From a virus, in IMG/VR virus record IMGVR_UViG_3300026522_000014, positions 1 to 36,440 of that record: 36,440 nt of DNA; one strand, given 5' to 3'. Positions 18,215 to 26,267 of this stretch are shown one piece after another. The stretch's first letter is position 1. Every line of letters starts with the position of its first letter. Below the pieces are notes generated by a model. That model saw nothing but the letters and a program-made list of their open reading frames with translations. It did not search any database and was not told the origin of the DNA. Made by a program: the position numbers and the translations under genes.

Positions 18215-19903
18215 TTAGATTACTTGGACAACAACGCCGCCATCACCCAGCACATAATCCTGCTGGAGAAGGTACATCGCGTTTATCATTGACACGACCA
18301 TATCGACTTTCCCCTTGCTCTTCTTCTTGTGAACATACATATTCATGTTCGTATCGAATGAGCACCGGGCATTCTGAAAGTTAATCTCCAAGAGCTTATT
18401 AGGTTCATACGCAAACTCTTTCTTGAGAATCTTTTCTTTCAGCCACTTCGTCGGCGGGTGCAAGACACTCGAATGTTGGCGAATCTCAACCGTGTTATAT
18501 CCCGCTTCCTCCAGCTTCTGCGCGGTCGACATGGCATTCCACCTATCGTACCCGATGGCTTGAATCGTCACGCCATACTTGTCTTCGACACTCAGGATGA
18601 AGTCCTCGACCGCCTTATAATCAATGATTTTGTCGCCGCAGGCAATACACTTGCCATCGGCAATGTACTGCCTGTAATCGATTTTTTCATAGGCGTTCTT
18701 CTCGTCGATTCGGTCAGCCGGGATAAAGGCGATGGAATCGGCAAGCACTGTACCATCATCATCCACCGACACCATACTCACAGACGTGTTGTCGTTGGAC
18801 AATGAAAGGTCAAGCCCAAGATAAACCGTGCGACCTTCCCAGTCGATATGCGATACCTTGCACGCCTGCACATCAGACACGTCCACATAGGTTTCCGTGC
18901 CCTGCCCTTGGTAGATGATGTTGCAGTGCTTCGTCAGGAAATTCTCTCGCGCCGATTCGACTGCGATAGCATATGCGCGCTTCTTCTTCAGGTCTTCCCA
19001 GATTTCCGGGATTTCCAGAGATACCGGATTAGCTTGGCGCAACACCAAGTCATCTGTCATCCAGTCCTTTGTATCATCAGGCTCATAAAGCAGTGAGAAT
19101 CGCGTCTCGTCCTCTATCAAGCCATCAAGTACCTTCTTGCAATAGCCGACCTCATCTTCAAATGGATTGTCAATCGTCGGATATTTGGTGGAGATGATAA
19201 AGCCGAGTTTGTTGAGGATATTCAACTGCCCGGAACGCATGGCTTCGATAGCGTAGCTGGTAGGCAATGCTCCCACTTCGTCAGCGCAAAACGCATTAGG
19301 GAGCCTACCGTCCATGCGGCTAGTCGAATAACTCAGCGGGATATAAGTCGTGTTGAATGGCTTGAAGGTAATCGAATCACGAAGAATCTTCCATCGCGCC
19401 GAATCCTTGAACATGAAAACTTCAGGCGAACTCTTCAACGTCTCACTGATTGCTTCACGTACCTCACGGCTCAAAGTGCCATCAGGTGCCACCGAGTAAA
19501 ATTTACTAAACCGCGGCTCAGTCAGGAACAACAGAATGAAAATCGTGGCGATAGTATAAGTTTTGAAATTCTTACGCGCAATCTCCAACACGCACGTCTC
19601 ATACTTCCGCTTCTCCGGATTATCCCTACGAACCGTGCAAAGCGTCGCAATGTAAAAGAGCCACTGATAACCTGTAGTGCAATCGTACAATGATTGCCCG
19701 GCACGCAAACCCTTCGGCATACGCAACACTTTAAGAATCGCGTACAATTGCTTCAATTTACGATGGCTCACGAAATACGTCTCGTCCTTGCCGTCGCAAA
19801 TATCAACCCACGCTTGCATCTGCTTCTTCACATACTTCGGCGTTGTATGTTCGTCAATACACTTAATGCAGAACTCGTACCCCTTATTCCTCATCGTCAT
19901 CAT
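18215..19903 (-). CDS. terL: terminase large subunit
   Basis: A 562-aa protein with ATPase and nuclease regions typical of Terminase_1-type TerL. The start is ambiguous among the ATGs at 19903, 19900 and 19894. Confidence 0.9.
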   Translation of the reverse strand: MMTMRNKGYEFCIKCIDEHTTPKYVKKQMQAWVDICDGKDETYFVSHRKLKQLYAILKVLRMPKGLRAGQSLYDCTTGYQWLFYIATLCTVRRDNPEKRKYETCVLEIARKNFKTYTIATIFILLFLTEPRFSKFYSVAPDGTLSREVREAISETLKSSPEVFMFKDSARWKILRDSITFKPFNTTYIPLSYSTSRMDGRLPNAFCADEVGALPTSYAIEAMRSGQLNILNKLGFIISTKYPTIDNPFEDEVGYCKKVLDGLIEDETRFSLLYEPDDTKDWMTDDLVLRQANPVSLEIPEIWEDLKKKRAYAIAVESARENFLTKHCNIIYQGQGTETYVDVSDVQACKVSHIDWEGRTVYLGLDLSLSNDNTSVSMVSVDDDGTVLADSIAFIPADRIDEKNAYEKIDYRQYIADGKCIACGDKIIDYKAVEDFILSVEDKYGVTIQAIGYDRWNAMSTAQKLEEAGYNTVEIRQHSSVLHPPTKWLKEKILKKEFAYEPNKLLEINFQNARCSFDTNMNMYVHKKKSKGKVDMVVSMINAMYLLQQDYVLGDGGVVVQVI

Positions 19904-20270
19904 CCTCGGTTTCGCCGTTAATCAACGCAAGCAACGGGTCAACGTCCCCGCCATCACGCTCAGCGTCAGACTTGCCGAAACCTTGGATAATACGCATAAG
20001 CGTCGTTACAGTCCGATTGGCGGAATCCGTGGTCTTATTGTATTCAGTCACAGCAGGATTACTGTAGAGATTCTTACGCCCCTTGACATACTCCTTCTTC
20101 ACCAGCATGCCATTCTCATTCATACTCTGCTCAAGCTCTGCGAGAATCTTAATCTGCACCTGATAGCGTTTGAACGTGGTCACGAAGAAGAAGTTTGTCT
20201 GCACACCAGTTTCTTCAGCAATACGCAGAATCTCAATAGCCTGCTCTTGCAAGTTCAACTTAGTAGTCAT
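19884..20270 (-). CDS. terS: terminase small subunit (P27 family)
   Basis: I trimmed the start to the ATG at 20270 (MTTKLNLQEQAIEILRIAEETGV...YVKGRKNLYSNPAVTEYNK), which has RBS tgaggattgataat. Confidence 0.8.
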   Translation of the reverse strand: MTTKLNLQEQAIEILRIAEETGVQTNFFFVTTFKRYQVQIKILAELEQSMNENGMLVKKEYVKGRKNLYSNPAVTEYNKTTDSANRTVTTLMRIIQGFGKSDAERDGGDVDPLLALINGETEDDDDEE

Positions 20271-20274
20271 ATTA

Positions 20275-21471
20275 TCAATCCTCAACCTTCACAGCTTCCA
20301 TGCCAGTAAGCTTCTCCCACCTGTCGACAATCACGTCGGCATACTTCGGGTCATACTCCATAACTCTCGCCCTGCGCCCATTCTGCTCGCACGCGATAAT
20401 AGTCGTGCCGCTGCCGCCGAACAAGTCTAAGACAATATCGTTCTTCGCGCTGCTATTGCGAATCTGATAGTCGAACAATCCGACTGGCTTCATCGTCGGA
20501 TGCAGGTCGGCCTTTGTCGGCCTGTCCCAGTCAATGACAGTCGTCTGCTTCCTGTCACCATACCAGTTATGGGTTCCAGTCTCCTTCCAACCGTAAAGGC
20601 ACGGCTCATGCTTCCACTGGTAATCCTGCCGTCCCATGACGAGCGAGTTCTTATTCCAAATCAGCTCCTGCTTGACTGTAAGCCCAGCGTCCTCGATGGC
20701 GGTTGCGAAATTCACGACCTCCCAGCTCGCATACCAGACATAGAATGCCGCCCCGTCAGCCATCGCGTCGTAGGCATTGGCAAACGCTGCAAGGAGGAAA
20801 TCATGGAAGGCACTGGTGTCCATGCTGTCGTTCTCGATTTTCATCGCCTTGGCGCTCTTGCCAGTGTAATCGACGTTGTAAGGCGGGTCGGTGATAAGGA
20901 GCGCGGCTCTCTCGCCGCCTCCTGCCTGCATGAGCTTGCGAACATCATCTGGTTTCGTGCTGTCACCACACATCAAGATATGGTTGCCGAGCCTGTACAC
21001 ATCGCCAAGCTTCGTCACTGGTTCAACTGGCGGTTCTGGAACATCCTCGTCTTCGCCACTCCCAGCCAAGTCACTATCGGAATCAAGGTCTCCGAAATCA
21101 ACATCATCAAACCCGAACTCACCCATGTCGATTTCATCAATACCATCAAGCTCAATCTCCAGCTTGGCTAAGTCCCACTGTGCGAGTTCGCCAGTCTTGT
21201 TGTCCGCAAGCCGGAACGCCTTCACCTGTTCAGGTGTCAAATCGTCAGCAACAATTACGGGGACAGTATCGAGGCCGAGTTTCTTAGCCGCCTTCAATCT
21301 CGTGTGACCTGTGACTATCACGCCATCAGAATCCACGACAATAGGCACCTTGAAACCAAATTCCTTGATGCTTGCGGCTACAGCGTCCACCGCACCATCA
21401 TTAAGCCGCGGATTATTAGCATACGGGTTCAAATCCGCTACATTCCTGTATTCCACTTTCAGTTTGTGCAT
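20275..21471 (-). CDS. ParB-like N-terminal domain fused to an N6A/N4C DNA methyltransferase
   Basis: The N-terminus reads YANNPRLNDGAVDAVAASIKEFGFKVPIVVDSDGVIVTGHTRLKAAKKLG (ParB/Srx-like). The methyltransferase motifs LLITDPPYNVDY and VLDLFGGSGTTIIACEQ are present. I trimmed the start to the ATG at 21471. Confidence 0.85.
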   Translation of the reverse strand: MHKLKVEYRNVADLNPYANNPRLNDGAVDAVAASIKEFGFKVPIVVDSDGVIVTGHTRLKAAKKLGLDTVPVIVADDLTPEQVKAFRLADNKTGELAQWDLAKLEIELDGIDEIDMGEFGFDDVDFGDLDSDSDLAGSGEDEDVPEPPVEPVTKLGDVYRLGNHILMCGDSTKPDDVRKLMQAGGGERAALLITDPPYNVDYTGKSAKAMKIENDSMDTSAFHDFLLAAFANAYDAMADGAAFYVWYASWEVVNFATAIEDAGLTVKQELIWNKNSLVMGRQDYQWKHEPCLYGWKETGTHNWYGDRKQTTVIDWDRPTKADLHPTMKPVGLFDYQIRNSSAKNDIVLDLFGGSGTTIIACEQNGRRARVMEYDPKYADVIVDRWEKLTGMEAVKVED

Positions 21472-21520
21472 GAATATCAATCCTTTCTGCATCGATTATT
21501 GGGCGTCTGAACTTTTTACG

Positions 21521-21582
21521 AGCGTTATCGCGCTTTTCCCAAGCGTATCACCGGTTTTCAGCGCATTATCGGCGGTTTTTCC
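21521..21582. repeat. three phased about 20-bp imperfect direct repeats in the non-coding gap upstream of the packaging genes
   Basis: The three units are agcgttatcgcgcttttccc, aagcgtatcaccggttttca and gcgcattatcggcggtttttcc, arranged head to tail. Confidence 0.6.
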
Positions 21583-21682
21583 AAAAAAAGAACGTGTCCC
21601 ATCTATCTGGTGTGTTCTGAGGGGCGGTTGGTGTAGGTTGGGCTTGTTTTTCCGAGTGCCTTACCTCCGGGGGGATAGTTTG

Positions 21683-22051
21683 TCAATTTTCGGCGTGTCG
21701 TTTTTGCGCGAGTTGCTTCAAATAGATTGCGTCTATCTCTCCTGCGTCTGCTTGCTTGTGGTGTGGTACGCATAGGCAGATTAAGTTATCGTCATCGGTT
21801 AGTAGGTCTGGTGCTTGGTTGAGTTTGACAATGTGGTGTACTTCTAGTCCTTTGTTGGTTATGTGTCCTTGGTCTTTGCATACTTCGCATAGGTAGTGTG
21901 CGTCTTGTTTGATTTGTTCGCGTTTGTGTTGCCATCGGTATGTGTTGCGTAGTTTGTCTGTGTCGGTTTTTTTGTAGTGTTTGGGTGGTTTTTTGGGGCA
22001 TGTTTCGTCTATTTTGTGTATGTGTCCGCAGTAGCCGCATGCTTTGAGCAT
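21683..22051 (-). CDS. HNH endonuclease (terminase-associated type)
   Basis: Cys pairs are present (CGYCGH...C, CEVC). The HNH core reads LEVHHIVKLNQAPDLLTDDDNLICLCVPHH. It is located upstream of the terminase genes. Confidence 0.85.
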   Translation of the reverse strand: MLKACGYCGHIHKIDETCPKKPPKHYKKTDTDKLRNTYRWQHKREQIKQDAHYLCEVCKDQGHITNKGLEVHHIVKLNQAPDLLTDDDNLICLCVPHHKQADAGEIDAIYLKQLAQKRHAEN

Positions 22052-22118
22052 GGTGTTGTTCCTCCGTGGTTATGGTTGAGCCTATGTCCTGCGTGTTGCG
22101 GTGTCATAGGCTCGTTGC

Positions 22119-22346
22119 TTATTTGGTTGTGTTTTCGGGTTTTGCTGTGGCGTGGCTTACTCCGATGAGTGCGCCGATGAGTACGCCGATGGCATTGATG
22201 GTTGCCACGATTGCGTCGGTGTCTGCCCAGTGCCATACGCTGCCCAATACGCCGATAAACGTGGCGAGTGCTGGGAATGCGATTAAGCCTAGCCATTTGA
22301 GGATATCGTATGCTTTGCTTGACAGGATATAGGTTTTATCGTCCAT
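22119..22346 (-). CDS. holin, Dp-1 family-like
   Basis: A 75-aa protein reading YDILKWLGLIAFPALATFIGVLGSVWHW...IVATINAIGVLIGALIGVS, which matches the Dp-1 holin pattern with two hydrophobic helices. Confidence 0.7.
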   Translation of the reverse strand: MDDKTYILSSKAYDILKWLGLIAFPALATFIGVLGSVWHWADTDAIVATINAIGVLIGALIGVSHATAKPENTTK

Positions 22347-22360
22347 GTGTTTTCCCCCGG

Positions 22361-22432
22361 TTAGTATTTGCTGATTGCCGCGATGATAATTAGTGTCACG
22401 CAGATGATGATTGTAATGGTGATGCTTGTCAT
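22361..22432 (-). CDS. 23-aa hydrophobic micro-ORF, not in the ORF track
   Basis: It translates to MTSITITIIICVTLIIIAAISKY and has the genome-typical RBS gaaaggaaacgcc directly upstream. Confidence 0.5.
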   Translation of the reverse strand: MTSITITIIICVTLIIIAAISKY

Positions 22433-22453
22433 GGCGTTTCCTTTCTTTTGTTT

Positions 22454-22834
22454 CTAGTCTACTTCGGTCAGGTGTGTGATTGCTTTGCTTGTTGCCGCGT
22501 CGAGATTGGCTTGAGCTTTGTGTACTTTGTTCATGGCGGCTTCCACGTTTCCGTTAAGGTGTCCGTGGTTCAAGGCTATGAGGCTTATCTCGTTGGCGGC
22601 TAGGCTTGCGTCAAGTCCTCGGAGTAAAGCGTCGTAGAGGTATTGCCGTTCAACGTGTTGCTGGTCTCGTTTAGCGTCGATTATAGCCTGTTGTGCGCGG
22701 TATTGTGCGTCTTGCGTGTCGCGTTGTTTCGTGCGATTGTTGCCGATATAGGTGATGATTGCTACAAATATGCTAGACACTGCCGCGCACCCGCTGGTCA
22801 CGATTGCCACGATAACTTCCGTCGATAAACCCAT
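22454..22834 (-). CDS. membrane-anchored coiled-coil protein, first gene of the late transcription unit
   Basis: The N-terminal TM segment is VIVAIVTSGCAAVSSIFVAIITYIG, followed by a helical Q/A/D-rich region. I recognise no family. Confidence 0.65.
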   Translation of the reverse strand: MGLSTEVIVAIVTSGCAAVSSIFVAIITYIGNNRTKQRDTQDAQYRAQQAIIDAKRDQQHVERQYLYDALLRGLDASLAANEISLIALNHGHLNGNVEAAMNKVHKAQANLDAATSKAITHLTEVD

Positions 22835-22967
22835 TTTTCAGCCTCTAACCACTCGCAATTTCTCTATGGTGATTATATCGTGATTGACGCGGGATTTTCG
22901 GGACAATTCGTGTGGTACAATTAGCTTGTACTCATTTTGTGGGTATTCCTTTCGATTGGTTTGAGTG

Positions 22968-22995
22968 AAGGGCACGGCTTTTTGGTCGTGCCCTT
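22968..22995 (-). terminator. 9-bp-stem hairpin 3 nt after the stop at 22999, a possible terminator or RNA-stabilising hairpin
   Basis: The arms are aagggcacg (22968-22976) and cgtgccctt (22987-22995). There is no clear U-tract on the - strand transcript. Confidence 0.4.
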
Positions 22996-22998
22996 CCT

Positions 22999-23181
22999 TT
23001 ATTCTTGATGACCACGTTTGATATCGTAGCGGATTAGCGCTTTGATGTATCCTTGCTTGTTTTCCACGCTATCCAAGCGCTTGATGATGTCCGCGTCATT
23101 CTCGCGGTGAAGCCAAAGATGATACTGCTTGCCGTTTTTCTTGTGGTATCGTGCCGCGTTTTTCGTGTGATTCTTACCCAT
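22999..23181 (-). CDS. small basic protein, possibly of the ribbon-helix-helix type
   Basis: A 60-aa protein. KQYHLWLHRENDADIIKRLDSVENKQGYIKALIRYDI fits a strand-helix-helix pattern. The RBS is gggaga. Confidence 0.5.
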   Translation of the reverse strand: MGKNHTKNAARYHKKNGKQYHLWLHRENDADIIKRLDSVENKQGYIKALIRYDIKRGHQE

Positions 23182-23183
23182 GA

Positions 23184-23252
23184 TTATCTCCCTAGATATG
23201 CGATGATGATTGCTGCAGCGATTATGATGATTGCGAATATGGTGTCAAGCAT
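23184..23252 (-). CDS. 22-aa hydrophobic micro-ORF, not in the ORF track
   Basis: It translates to MLDTIFAIIIIAAAIIIAYLGR. Its start overlaps the stop of 23245-23394, and its end contains the RBS of the next gene. Confidence 0.4.
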   Translation of the reverse strand: MLDTIFAIIIIAAAIIIAYLGR

Positions 23253-23394
23253 CCGCCTTCTTCGCTTTCTCGTATTCGTTGATTATCAGCATGATTTCCT
23301 GCGGGTTGCATTGTGGTAAGAGTGGAGTTATTTCGGTGATGTTATAGCCTTTTTCATGCCAGCTGATTATCATGTCTTTCAACACTTTTTTCAT
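23245..23394 (-). CDS. 49-aa hypothetical protein, not in the ORF track
   Basis: The ATG at 23394 has RBS aagaggtaaaaaca. Translation is MKKVLKDMIISWHEKGYNITEITPLLPQCNPQEIMLIINEYEKAKKADA. Confidence 0.5.
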   Translation of the reverse strand: MKKVLKDMIISWHEKGYNITEITPLLPQCNPQEIMLIINEYEKAKKADA

Positions 23395-23406
23395 TGTTTT
23401 TACCTC

Positions 23407-24096
23407 TTAAAATAGCGGGATTTCGTCCGGGTCATAGCAGATATTATGCAGGCGTTCGAGGAAATCATCGGTAGGGTTGCGTCTCAGTGGTTGCTTGTCC
23501 TTCTGTACGCTATCCCAGAATTCATCGACTTCGCTCTCAATCAGGTTAATCAGGTATTCGTCGCGTTCTATGGTACGCTCGATGATATCGCTGTTGCCTA
23601 TCATGGCAATCAGTTGCGCTCGCCGGAAGCCTGACACCGCCATATAATGGAGCACTTGGCACGCATAGCTTTCGGGCACGCCGCCAAGATTCCACGGAGC
23701 CACATTGAAGCCGCCGACTGTCTTGATTTCCAGCACTTCCTTTATACCGTCCGCGCATGTGATAATGCCGTCGAGTGATGCTTGCCGCCACGGTTTCGCT
23801 TCGTCTTGGAGCATGTACAGTGGCTCCTCCACTTGCACGTCAGGGTGTCGATAGGCATATTCTTTGCGTAGTGCAGGTTCGAGCGCATTGCCGAGGATTA
23901 CGCAAGGCTTATGGCTGATATCTTCTGGCTTTACACGCCCTGTTTTTTCTGTCCATAGTTGGTCTATTGTTTTCCAGTGGTTTACGCCCATGATTACGCC
24001 CACGTCTGAGCCGCCTACGCCTTTATCGCGTTGCTCATGCCATGCTCTGTTTACCTCTTCAAGCGTCCCGGTAAACGTGATTTCCTTTGCTGTCAT
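23407..24096 (-). CDS. YqaJ-type viral recombinase exonuclease
   Basis: The sequence GVGGSDVGVIMGVNHWKTIDQLWTEKTGRVKPEDISHKPCVILGNALEPALRKEY matches the YqaJ/lambda-Exo-like family. Confidence 0.85.
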   Translation of the reverse strand: MTAKEITFTGTLEEVNRAWHEQRDKGVGGSDVGVIMGVNHWKTIDQLWTEKTGRVKPEDISHKPCVILGNALEPALRKEYAYRHPDVQVEEPLYMLQDEAKPWRQASLDGIITCADGIKEVLEIKTVGGFNVAPWNLGGVPESYACQVLHYMAVSGFRRAQLIAMIGNSDIIERTIERDEYLINLIESEVDEFWDSVQKDKQPLRRNPTDDFLERLHNICYDPDEIPLF

Positions 24097-24350
24097 TTCG
24101 CGTCCTTCGCTTCTTTCTCCAAATCGTCAGCAATCACTCTAAGATATTCGGCTATGACACTGTATGCGCTTGGTGGTTGCGGCTTGATATGCACGCTCAT
24201 CGCGCCTTTATTACCGATAATATGTTCGAATTTTGTGAGCGCCACCGGGTTGAATGTCTCAGGAATCACTTGGTTGCCTTCGCGTAACGCGACCCCTACG
24301 ACAATGCTGACTTTTGATTCATCGTTGATTACATCGTATTCTTGTTTCAT
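24093..24350 (-). CDS. hypothetical protein
   Basis: An 85-aa ORF with ATGA start/stop overlaps on both sides. Confidence 0.65.
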   Translation of the reverse strand: MKQEYDVINDESKVSIVVGVALREGNQVIPETFNPVALTKFEHIIGNKGAMSVHIKPQPPSAYSVIAEYLRVIADDLEKEAKDAK

Positions 24351-24583
24351 TTTGCGTCCTCCGCTTGATTAGGTACTTCCGTGGGCATGGAGCCGCCATA
24401 GCCGAGCATGGCTTTGCAGTGTGCGGCGACATCAAACAATGCGGCTGAATATCCGTCGTACCACGACAGAGGACGCTTGTACGTACCTGCCTTGACTGTC
24501 ACGTCCATCAATTGAATGTGGATTTTTGTCCAGCCGATGACCTGCTTGAGTGTCTTGTCCTTCTCAGTCACGTTGGTCGCCAT
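24347..24583 (-). CDS. hypothetical protein, a paralogue by N-terminus of 24564-24803
   Basis: I trimmed the start to the ATG at 24583, which has RBS gaaagaagg. The protein starts MATNVTEKDKTLKQ.... Confidence 0.65.
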   Translation of the reverse strand: MATNVTEKDKTLKQVIGWTKIHIQLMDVTVKAGTYKRPLSWYDGYSAALFDVAAHCKAMLGYGGSMPTEVPNQAEDAK

Positions 24584-24803
24584 TGGTATCGCCTTCTTTC
24601 GTGTGTCCGAACGTGTTGATGCATTTGAGCGCGACATCCTCGTATGCGTCCACCTGCCCCTGCAATTGGCAGTAAACAGTGTCGCTGACGTCTAAGTGCT
24701 CTGCGATGATGTCGAGGTCGTGACTGATGTCGTTCATCTTCTTTTCGCAGTATGAGATGATTTCGTTGAGTGTCTTGTCTTTTTCGGTTACGTTAGTTGC
24801 CAT
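24564..24803 (-). CDS. hypothetical protein (MATNVTEKDKTL N-terminus)
   Basis: A 79-aa ORF with RBS aggaaggcaagaata. Confidence 0.65.
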   Translation of the reverse strand: MATNVTEKDKTLNEIISYCEKKMNDISHDLDIIAEHLDVSDTVYCQLQGQVDAYEDVALKCINTFGHTKEGDTNGDQRD

Positions 24804-24827
24804 TATTCTTGCCTTCCTATGTGATGG

Positions 24828-25028
24828 TCACATGCGGCTGTCTGCCATGATGCACATCAGGTCGAGCCTGCTGAAGTCGTCGAAGCTGTCATAATCGATG
24901 GCGAGGGCGTTCTCTGTGAGGGAGATTGCCGCGACTTCGAGGTCGAATTGCTCCCAGATGCCGGGCACGTCCTTGTAGTGGGTCTCAAGCCATTCGGTGG
25001 CGGTCTGGTAGTTGATTTCGGTGGTCAT
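24828..25028 (-). CDS. small acidic hypothetical protein (MTTEI N-terminus)
   Basis: I trimmed the start to the ATG at 25028, which has RBS gagaaaggaac. The upstream part of the track ORF is the translated promoter and leader. Confidence 0.65.
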   Translation of the reverse strand: MTTEINYQTATEWLETHYKDVPGIWEQFDLEVAAISLTENALAIDYDSFDDFSRLDLMCIMADSRM

Positions 25029-25070
25029 TTCTAGGTTCCTTTCTCTGGGGTTTCCTTGTTTGTAATTCTT

Positions 25071-25104
25071 ACTATACACCTATCATGGGAGCGACACGCC
25101 GAAG
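25071..25104 (-). promoter_or_regulatory. bipartite promoter-like cassette, copy D
   Basis: The - strand reads TTCGGCGTGTCG-ctcccatg-ATAGGTGTATAGT. It lies 43 nt upstream of the ATG at 25028 and is preceded by the hairpin gaagaatcg...cgattcttc (25101-25133). Confidence 0.55.
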
Positions 25105-25109
25105 AATCG

Positions 25110-25289
25110 TCAATCACGATAACGCGATTCTTCTACGAACACGGCACACGCATATCCAATATCCACGCCCAGAACGTGCGCGACCTTCACAGGTGAAAGA
25201 TGCAAGTCGAAAAGATAATGCACGGCAATCATGTAAGTCTTCGATTTCCTATCTAGCGGGTATTTCATCGCCTTGTGCTTACTCTCCAT
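25110..25289 (-). CDS. small hypothetical protein, possibly HTH, with an uncertain start
   Basis: Candidate starts are the ATGs at 25289 and 25268. The track start at 25304 is a TTG. The sequence ...YMIAVHYLFDLHLSPVKVAHVLGVDIGYACAVF... is HTH-like. Confidence 0.4.
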   Translation of the reverse strand: MESKHKAMKYPLDRKSKTYMIAVHYLFDLHLSPVKVAHVLGVDIGYACAVFVEESRYRD

Positions 25290-25644
25290 CTTTAAGCATT
25301 TCAATCATGCGGTCAAGAGCTTCGATGACCATGTGCCAGTCCCTAGTGTAAAAGCCGTGCCACGCGACACACTCAAAACCGGTAGTAGATTCGTACAATG
25401 CGCGGAGTATGCGGTCGCATGAGCCTGCAGCGTGGAGCACGACTTCACCTAGCATTGATGCACGCCGGGCATACCATCGCGCCTTCCGCAAGTCCTCCAG
25501 CGGCTTATCTTTTGAGCGAAAACGCCAAAGATACTTTATCGCATTCCCAACGCAGAAGTTTTGAAATTGCGTCAGTTCGATACACTCGAAATTAACGCCA
25601 TCATGCCCGGCATAATGCGCCGGGTGGTCAACATTATCGCTCAC
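25279..25644 (-). CDS. DUF3310-family protein
   Basis: The sequence VDHPAHYAGHDGVNFECIELTQFQNFCVGNAIKYLWRFRSKDKPLEDLRKARWY matches the DUF3310 pattern. Confidence 0.75.
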   Translation of the reverse strand: MSDNVDHPAHYAGHDGVNFECIELTQFQNFCVGNAIKYLWRFRSKDKPLEDLRKARWYARRASMLGEVVLHAAGSCDRILRALYESTTGFECVAWHGFYTRDWHMVIEALDRMIEMLKDGE

Positions 25645-25657
25645 GATAATTCCCTCC

Positions 25658-25840
25658 TTAAAACACGGATAATATCAATGCAAATATGATGATAGTAAGC
25701 GCAACACTGACAATGGTCATGTAAACCGCTTTCCTGTACTCGGCTTTATTGATAAACGCGAGAATACCGACAATGGATATCATGAGCGGAACAAACATAA
25801 CCAAAATCGCGTATGCACAGATTATTTGCAGTACAGTCAT
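25658..25840 (-). CDS. 60-aa 2-TM membrane protein
   Basis: The two hydrophobic helices are ICAYAILVMFVPLMISIVGILAF and MTIVSVALTIIIFALILSVF. Confidence 0.65.
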   Translation of the reverse strand: MTVLQIICAYAILVMFVPLMISIVGILAFINKAEYRKAVYMTIVSVALTIIIFALILSVF

Positions 25841-26215
25841 TTATTCCTCCGTAAAATAGATTTCAGTCTCATACTCGGCTTCACCAGCCAGTCGTGCGGG
25901 GATATTGCCGATATACATTTCCTTCGCTTTGGTGAGCCAGCATCGCTCACGCTTCCTGCCGATTGTCGCCCATACCATGCCGCCCTTGCTTAGGATTAGC
26001 CATGCTTCCCACGGCTCAAGACCGACCATCATGGGTTTCCGTTTCCGCAGTTCTGCTATTTCGCTTGCCATTGCGCTTACGATTAGGTTTGCTGTGCGTT
26101 TGGTGTCTTCGGCGTGGGCGATTTCGCGTTTTCGTGCTTCGTCGCGCCGCTTCCATTCGCTCCGGTTTTCAGTTGGCATTCGCGCTGAGGTAACGCCGGT
26201 AAAATTCGCTTTCAC
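25841..26215 (-). CDS. hypothetical protein
   Basis: I trimmed the start to the GTG at 26215, which has RBS gaaggagaaaact. The longer track ORF overlaps 26268-26516. Confidence 0.55.
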   Translation of the reverse strand: MKANFTGVTSARMPTENRSEWKRRDEARKREIAHAEDTKRTANLIVSAMASEIAELRKRKPMMVGLEPWEAWLILSKGGMVWATIGRKRERCWLTKAKEMYIGNIPARLAGEAEYETEIYFTEE

Positions 26216-26267
26216 AGTTTTCTCCTTCAATGGTGGCGGTCGGCAGTGTTGGTGCCGCCCATTGTAT

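Noticed and set aside
22884-22921. A + strand TTGACG ... TACAAT pair considered as a promoter.
   Set aside because: The spacer is 26 nt and there is no + strand gene downstream.
25029-25079. N-terminal extensions of track ORFs, such as MYSKNYKQGNPRERNLE here and MYSNSYRQGNSPSHRPKGNI at 26840-26899. Other cases are 16952-17116, 27317-27517, 28052-28225, 28264-28431, 28470-28694, 29389-29562 and 8836-8895.
   Set aside because: The extensions start at GTG or TTG codons inside the conserved promoter and leader, or inside the upstream gene. Internal ATGs with good RBSs give the coupled, non-overlapping gene set. The similarity between extensions only reflects duplicated DNA read in another frame.
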